In this document: one piece after another, positions 54,690-64,000 of the stretch | Position numbering within the stretch: the stretch's first letter is position 1 | Layout: every line of letters starts with the position of its first letter | DNA from: Eledone cirrhosa | Lineage: Eukaryota | Assembly: GCA_964016885.1 (NCBI GenBank) | Contig: OZ024740.1 | Coordinates: 46,314,001-46,378,000 of the forward strand | DNA: 64,000 bases | Direction: 5' to 3' | Program-made: the position numbers and the translations under genes | The notes under the pieces: model-generated | Seen by the model: only the letters and a program-made list of their open reading frames with translations | What the model was told of the DNA's origin: nothing | Database searches by the model: none

Positions 54690-57600
54690 CTTCTCACACT
54701 CTCCTACACCAACACACCGGCTTCTCACACACTCCTACACCAACACACCGGCTTCTCACACTCTCCTACACCAGCACACCGGCTTCTCACACTCCCCTAC
54801 ACCAACACACTGGCTTCTCACACTCTCCTACACCAGCACACCGGCTTCTCACACTCCCCTACACCAACACACCAGCTTCTCACACACTCCTACACCAACA
54901 CACAGGCTTCTCACACACTCCTACACCAACACACCGGCTTCTCACACTCCCCTACACCAACACACAGGCTTCTCACACACTCCTACACCAACACACCAGC
55001 TTCTCACACACTCCTACACCAACACACCGGCTTCTCACACTCTCCTACACAAACACACCGGCTTCTCACACTCTCCTACACCAACACACCGGCTTCTCAC
55101 ACTCCCCTACACCAACACACCGGCTTCTCACACTCCCCTACACCAACACACAGGCTTCTCACACTCTCCTACACCAACACACCGGCTTCTCACACTCTCC
55201 TACACCAACACACAGGCTTCTCACACACTCCTACACCAACACACAGGCTTCTCACACTCTCCTACACCAACACACCGGCTTCTCACACTCTCCTACACCA
55301 ACACACAGGCTTCTCACACTCTCCTACACCAACACACAGGCTTCTCACACACTCCTACACCAACACACAGGCTTCTCACACTCTCCTACACCAACACACC
55401 GGCTTCTCACACTCTCCTACACCAACACACAGGCTTCTCACACTCTCCTACACCAACACACCGGCTTCTCACACTCTCCTACACCAACACACAGGCTTCT
55501 CACACTCTCCTACACCAACACACCGGCTTCTCACACTCCCCTACACCAACACACCGGCTTCTCACACTCCCCTACACCAACACACAGGCTTCTCTCACTC
55601 CCCTACACCAACACACCGGCTTCTCACACTCTCCTACACCAACACACAGGCTTCTCACACTCTCCTACACCAACACACCGGCTTCTCACACTCCCCTACA
55701 CCAACACACTGGCTTCTCACACTCCCCTACACCAACACACCGGCTTCTCACACTCCCCTACACCAACACACCGGCTTCTCACACTCCCCTACACCAACAC
55801 ACAGGCTTCTCACACTCTCCTACACCAACACACAGGCTTCTCACACTCTCCTACACCAACACACAGGCTTCTCACACTCTCCTACACCAACACACAGGCT
55901 TCTCACACTCTCCTACACCAACACACCAGCTTCTCACACTCTCCTACACCAACACACAGGCTTCTCACACTCTCCTACACCAACACACAGGCTTCTCACA
56001 CTCTCCTACACCAACACACAGGCTTCTCACACTCTCCTACACCAACACACCGGCTTCTCACACTCTCCTACACCAACACACAGGCTTCTCACACTCTCCT
56101 ACACCAACACACAGGCTTCTCACACTCTCCTACACCAACACACAGGCTTCTCACACTCTCCTACACCAACACACCGGCTTCTCACACTCTCCTACACCAA
56201 CACACAGGCTTCTCACACTCTCCTACACCAACACACAGGCTTCTCACACTCCCCTACACCAACACACAGGCTTCTCACACTCCGCTACACCAACACACAG
56301 GCTTCTCACACTCCCCTACACCAACACACAGGCTTCTCACACTCTCCTACACCAACACACCGGCTTCTCACACTCCCCTACACCAACACACAGGCTTCTC
56401 ACACTCTCCTACACCAACACACCGGCTTCTCACACACTCCTACACCAACACACCGGCTTCTCACACTCTCCTACACCAACACACAGGCTTCTCACACTCC
56501 CCTACACCAACACACCGGCTTCTCACACTCCCCTACACCAACACACAGGCTTCTCACACTCCTACACCAACACACCGGCTTCTCACACTCTCCTACACCA
56601 ACACACCGGCTTCTCACACTCTCCTACACCAACACACCGGCTTCTCACACTCTCCTACACCAACACACCGGCTTCTCACACTCTCCTACACCAACACACC
56701 GGCTTCTCACACTCCTACACCAACACACCGGCTTCTCACACTCTCCTACACCAACACACCGGCTTCTCACACTCTCCTACACCAACACACCGGCTTCTCA
56801 CACTCTCCTACACCAACACACCGGCTTCTCACACTCTCCTACACCAACACACAGGCTTCTCACACTCCCCTACACCAACACAACGGCTTCTCACACTCCC
56901 CTACACCAACACACAGGCTTCTCACACACTCCTACACCAACACACCGGCTTCTCACACTCCCCTACACCAACACACAGGCTTCTCACACACTCCTACACC
57001 AACACACAGGCTTCTCACACTCTCCTACACCAACACACCGGCTTCTCACACTCTCCTACACCAACACACCGGCTTCTCACACTCTCCTACACCAACACAA
57101 AGGCTTCTCACACTCCCCTACACCAACACAACGGCTTCTCACACTCCCCTACACCAACACACAGGCTTCTCACACACTCCTACACCAACACACCGGCTTC
57201 TCACACTCCCCTACACCAACACACAGGCTTCTCACACACTCCTACACCAACACACCGGCTTCTCACACACTCCTACACCAACACACCGGCTTCTCACACT
57301 CCCTTACACCAACACACCGGCTTCTCACACTCTCCTACACCAACACACAGGCTTCTTACACACTCCTACACCAACACACAGGCTTCTCACACTCCCCTAC
57401 ACCAACACACTGGCTTCTCACACTCCCCTACACCAACACACAGGCTTCTCACACACTCCTACACCAACACACCGGCTTCTCACACACTCCTACACCAACA
57501 CACAGGCTTCTCACACTCCCCTACACCAACACACCGGCTTCTCACACTCTCCTACACCAACACACAGGCTTCTCACACTCCCCTACACCAACACACAGGC

Positions 57601-60600
57601 TTCTCACACTCCCCTACACCAACACACAGGCTTCTTACACTCTCCTACACCAACACACCGGCTTCTCACACTCTCCTACACCAACACACAGGCTTCTCAC
57701 ACTCCCCTACACCAACACACCGGCTTCTCACACTCTCCTACACCAACACACAGGCTTCTCACACTCCCCTACACCAACACACAGGCTTCTCACACTCCTA
57801 CACCAACACACCGGCTTCTCACACTCTCCTACACCAACACACCGGCTTCTCACACTCCTACACCAACACACCGGCTTCTCACACTCTCCTACACCAACAC
57901 ACAGGCTTCTCACACTCCCCTACACCAACACACAGGCTTCTCACACTCCCCTACACCAACACACAGGCTTCTCACACTCCCCTACACCAACACACAGGCT
58001 TCTTACACTCTCCTACACCAACACACCGGCTTCTCACACTCTCCTACACCAACACACAGGCTTCTCACACTCCCCTACACCAACACACCGGCTTCTCACA
58101 CTCTCCTACACCAACACACAGGCTTCTCACACTCCCCTACACCAACACACAGACTTCTCACACTCCTACACCAACACACCGGCTTCTCACACTCTCCTAC
58201 ACCAACACACCGGCTTCTCACACTCCTACACCAACACACCGGCTTCTCACACTCTCCTACACCAACACACCGGCTTCTCACACTCTCCTACACCAACACA
58301 CCGGCTTCTCACACTCTCCTACACCAACACACCGGCTTCTCACACTCTCCTACACCAACACACCGGCTTCTCACACTCCTACACCAACACACCGGCTTCT
58401 CACACTCTCCTACACCAACACACCGGCTTCTCACACTCTCCTACACCAACACACCGGCTTCTCACACTCTCCTACACCAACACACCGGCTTCTCACACTC
58501 TCCTACACCAACACACCGGCTTCTCACACACTCCTACACCAACACACCAGCTTCTCACACTCCCCTACACCAACACACCGGCTTCTCACACTCTCCTACA
58601 CCAACACACCGGCTTCTCACACTCTCCTACACCAACACACAGGCTTCTCACACTCCCCTACACCAACACACAGGCTTCTCACACTCTCCTACACCAACAC
58701 ACAGGCTTCTCACACTCTCCTACACCAACACACAGGCTTCTAACACACTCCTACACCAACACACCGGCTTCTCACACTCTCCTACACCAACACACAGGCT
58801 TCTCACACTCCCCTACACCAACACACCGGCTTCTCACACTCCCCTACACCAACACACGGGCTTCTCACACTCCTACATCAACACACCGGCTTCTCACACT
58901 CTCCTACATCAACACACCGGCTTCTCACACTCTCCTACACCAACACACCGGCTTCTCACACTCTCCTACACCAACACACCGGCTTCTCACACTCTCCTAC
59001 ACCAACACACCGGCTTCTCACACTCTCCTACACCAACACACCGGCTTCTCACACTCCTACACCAACACACCGGCTTCTCACACTCCCCTACACCAACACA
59101 ACGGCTTCTCACACTCCCCTACACCAACACACAGGCTTCTCACACACTCCTACACCAACACACCGGCTTCTCACACTCCCCTACACCAACACACAGGCTT
59201 CTCACACACTCCTACACCAACACACCGGCTTCTCACACACTCCTACACCAACACACCGGCTTCTCACACTCCCCTACACCAACACACCGGCTTCTCACAC
59301 TCTCCTACACCAACACACAGGCTTCTCACACACTCCTACACCAACACACCGGCTTCTCACACTCCCCTACACCAACACACCGGCTTCTCACACTCCCCTA
59401 CACCAACACACAGGCTTCTCACACACTCCTACACCAACACACCGGCTTCTCACACACTCCTACACCAACACACAGGCTTCTCACACTCCCCTACACCAAC
59501 ACACCGGCTTCTCACACTCCCCTACACCAACACACCGGCTTCTCACACTCTCCTACACCAACACACAGGCTTCTCACACTCTCCTACACCAACACACAGG
59601 CTCCTCACACTCCCCTACACCAACACACAGGCTTCTCACACTCCCCTACACCAACACACAGGCTTCTCACACTCCCCTACACCAACACACAGGCTTCTCA
59701 CACTCTCCTACACCAACACACCGGCTTCTCACACTCTCCTACACCAACACACAGGCTTCTCACACTCTCCTACACCAACACACCGGCTTCTCACACTCCC
59801 CTACACCAACACACAGGCTTCTCACAGGCTTCTCACACTCTCCTACACCAACACACAGGCTTCTCACACTCCCCTACACCAACACACAGGCTTCTCACAC
59901 TCCCCTACACCAACACACAGGCTTCTTACACTCTCCTACACCAACACACCGACTTCTCACACTCTCCTACACCAACACACAGGCTTCTCACACTCCCCTA
60001 CACCAACACACCGGCTTCTCACACTCTCCTACACCAACACGCAGGCTTCTCACACTCTCCTACACCAACACACAGGCTTCTCACACTCCCCTACACCAAC
60101 ACACAGGCTTCTCACACTCTCCTACACCAACACACAGGCTTCTCACACTCTCCTACACCAACACACAGGCTTCTCACACTCCCCTACACCAACACACCGG
60201 CTTCTCACACTCTCCTACACCAACACACAGGCTTCTCACACTCTCCTACACCAACACACAGGCTTCTCACACTCCCCTACACCAACACACAGGCTTCTCA
60301 CACTCCCCTACACCAACACACCGGCTTCTCACACTCTCCTACACCAACACACAGGCTTCTCACACTCTCCTACACCAACACACAGGCTTCTCACACTCTC
60401 CTACACCAACACACAGGCTTCTCACACTCCCCTACACCAACACACAGGCTTCTCACACTCTCCTACACCAACACACAGGCTTCTCACACTCCCCTACACC
60501 AACACACAGGCTTCTCACACTCTCCTACACCAACACACAGGCTTCTCACACTCTCCTACACCAACACACAGGCTTCTCACACTCCCCTACACCAACACAC

Positions 60601-62589
60601 AGGCTTCTCACACTCCCCTACACCAACACACCGGCTTCTCACACTCTCCTACACCAACACACAGGCTTCTCACACTCCCCTACACCAACACACAGGCTTC
60701 TCACACTCTCCTACACCAACACACAGGCTTCTCACACTCCCCTACACCAACACACAGGCTTCTCACACTCTCCCTACACCAACACACCGGCTTCTCACAC
60801 TCTCCTACACCAACACACAGGCTTCTCACACTCTCCTACACCAACACACAGGCTTCTCACACTCTCCCTACACCAACACACAGGCTTCTCACACTCTCCT
60901 ACACCAACACACAGGCTTCTCACACTCCCCTACACCAACACACAGGCTTCTCACACTCCCCTACACCAACACACAGGCTTCTCACACTCCCCTACACCAA
61001 CACACAGGCTTCTCACACTCTCCTACACCAACACACAGGCTTCTCACACTCTCCTACACCAACACACAGGCTTCTCACACTCCCCTACACCAACACACAG
61101 GCTTCTCACACTCCCCTACACCAACACACAGGCTTCTCACACTCTCCTACACCAACACACAGGCTTCTCACACTCCCTACACCAACACACAGGCTTCTCA
61201 CTCTCCTACACCAACACACAGGCTTCTCACACTCTCCTACACCAACACACAGGCTTCTCACACTCCCCTACACCAACACACAGGCTTCTCACACTCTCCT
61301 ACACCAACACACAGGCTTCTCACACTCTCCTACACCAACACACAGGCTTCTCACACTCCCCTACACCAACACACAGGCTTCTCACACTCCCCTACACCAA
61401 CACACAGGCTTCTCACACTCTCCTACACCAACACACAGGCTTCTCACACTCTCCTACACCAACACACAGGCTTCTCACACTCCCCTACACCAACACACAG
61501 GCTTCTCACACTCCCTACACCAACACACAGGCTTCTCACACTCTCCTACACCAACACACAGGCTTCTCACACTCCCCTACACCAACACACAGGCTTCTCA
61601 CACTCTCCTACACCAACACACAGGCTTCTCACACTCTCCTACACCAACACACAGGCTTCTCACACTCTCCTACACCAACACACAGGCTTCTCACACTCCC
61701 TACACCAACACACAGGCTTCTCACACTCTCCTACACAACACACAGGCTTCTCACACTCTCCTACACCAACACACAGGCTTCTCACACTCCCCTACACCAA
61801 CACACAGGCTTCTCACACTCTCCCTACACCAACACACAGGCTTCTCACACTCCTCCTACACCAACACACAGGCTTCTCACACTCCCCTACACCAACACAC
61901 AGGCTTCTCACACTCCCCTACACCAACACACAGGCTTCTCACACTCTCCTACACCAACACACAGGCTTCTCACACTCTCCTACACCAACACACAGGCTTC
62001 TCACACTCTCCTACACCAACACACAGGCTTCTCACACTCCCTACACCAACCACACAGGCTTCTCACACTCTCCTACACCAACACACAGGCTTCTCACACT
62101 CCCTACACCAACACACAGGCTTCTCACACTCTCCTACACCAACACACAGGCTTCTCACACTCTCCTACACCAACACACAGGCTTCTCACACTCTCCTACA
62201 CCAACACACAGGCTTCTCACACTCTCCCTACACCAACACACAGGCTTCTCACACTCCCCTACACCAACACACAGGCTTCTCACACTCCCCTACACCAACA
62301 CACAGGCTTCTCACACTCTCCTACACCAACACACAGGCTTCTCACACTCCCCTTACACCAACACACCGGCTTCTCACACTCCCTACTCCAACACACAGGC
62401 TTTCTCACACTCTCCTACACCAACACACAGGTTCTCACACTCCCCTACACCAAACACACGGCTTCTCAACACTCTCCTACACCAACAAACAGGCTTCTCA
62501 CACTCTCCTACACCAACACACAGGCTTCTCACACTCTCCTACACCAACACACAGGCTTCTCCACACTCTCCCTACACCAAACACACCGG
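54690..62589. repeat. 31-bp satellite array (~255 monomers; GGCTTCTCACACTCTCCTACACCAACACACM), intronic to Pcl, ends at an assembly gap
   Basis: Direct periodicity; the translation repeats every 31 aa (3 x 31 nt). Confidence 0.99.
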
Positions 62590-62789
62590 NNNNNNNNNNN
62601 NNNNNNNNNNNNNNNNNNNNNNNNNNNNNNNNNNNNNNNNNNNNNNNNNNNNNNNNNNNNNNNNNNNNNNNNNNNNNNNNNNNNNNNNNNNNNNNNNNNN
62701 NNNNNNNNNNNNNNNNNNNNNNNNNNNNNNNNNNNNNNNNNNNNNNNNNNNNNNNNNNNNNNNNNNNNNNNNNNNNNNNNNNNNNNNNN
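62590..62789. other. Assembly gap (200 N)
   Basis: Run of N. Confidence 1.
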
Positions 62790-63119
62790 TATAATATATA
62801 TATATATATAATATATATAATATATATATATAATATATATATAATATATAATATATATACTTTATATATATAATATATAATATATATACTATATATATAT
62901 ATTAATATTATAATTATATATACTATATATATATAATATATATATAAATATATACTATATATATATAATATATATATAATATATAATATATATACTATAT
63001 ATATATAATATATATATATATAATATATATAATATATATATATAATATATATATATATAATATATATATATATAATATATATATATATATATAGTATATA
63101 TATATATATATAGTTATAT

Positions 63120-63182
<63 letters not shown>

Positions 63183-63467
63183 TATATATATATATAATAA
63201 TATATATATAATATATATATATATATAATATATATATATATATATAATATATATATATATAATATATATAATAATATATAATATATATATATATAATATA
63301 TATAATAATATATATATAAATATATATTATATATATTATATATATATATATTAATATATTATTATATATATTATATATATATATATTATATATATATATA
63401 TATATTATATATATATATATATTATATATATATTATTATATATATATATATTATATGTATATATATA

Positions 63468-63521
<54 letters not shown>

Positions 63522-63589
63522 TATATATATATATATATACTATATATATATATATATATTATATATATATATATTATATATATATATAT

Positions 63590-63623
<34 letters not shown>

Positions 63624-64000
63624 ATATTATATATATATAGTATATATATTATATATTATATATATATTATATATATATAGTATATATTATATATTATATA
63701 TATATTATTATATATAAATAGGTATATATATTATATATTATATATATATAGTATATAATATTATATATTATATATATATAGTAATATATATTATATATTA
63801 TATATATATAGTATATAATATTATATATATATATATTATATATATATATTATATATATTATATATATATATATATTATATATAAATATATTATATATAAA
63901 TATATATTATATATAAATATATATATTATATATATATAATATATATATATATATATTATATATATATATATATTTATATATATATTATATATATATATTA
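62790..64000. repeat. Degenerate (TA)n low-complexity tract
   Basis: Direct sequence. Confidence 0.98.

Noticed and set aside
54610-58743. 1377-aa His/Thr/Pro-rich ORF
   Set aside because: It is a translation of the 31-bp satellite, which is stop-free in all + frames. It starts at a GTG near a MITE remnant and lies in a Pcl intron.
62498-64000. Tyr/Ile-rich ORFs (also 16613-16917)
   Set aside because: (TA)n translations, one spanning the N gap; sequence next to the gap may be low quality.

Overview
AT-rich, repeat-dense animal genomic DNA. The SINE/LINE repertoire and microsatellite density suggest a mollusc, probably an octopod cephalopod (inference). The window opens with ~10.8 kb of a 40-bp satellite with clear higher-order repeat structure. 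From ~10.8 to 37 kb it is a transposon graveyard: RTE LINEs (one with an 887-codon ORF), a frameshifted Tx1/L1-clade LINE, R4/Dong and CRE-type RLE retroelements, Helitron pieces, tRNA-derived SINEs, TTAA-flanked MITEs and two copies of a Penelope-type minimal hammerhead ribozyme. The only host gene is a + strand Polycomb-like (Pcl; PHF1/MTF2/PHF19 family) gene. It has a probable promoter and non-coding first exon near 39.8 kb and three coding exons (Tudor domain and start of PHD1) at 47.9-53.9 kb. Its next intron holds a >7.9-kb 31-bp satellite, an assembly gap and a TA-rich tract. The most interesting observations are an RTE LINE subfamily that appears to carry a SINE-like 3' segment, apparent microsatellite targeting by the Tx1 and R4 elements, the hammerhead elements and the satellite architecture. 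No wholly novel system can be demonstrated from the sequence alone.
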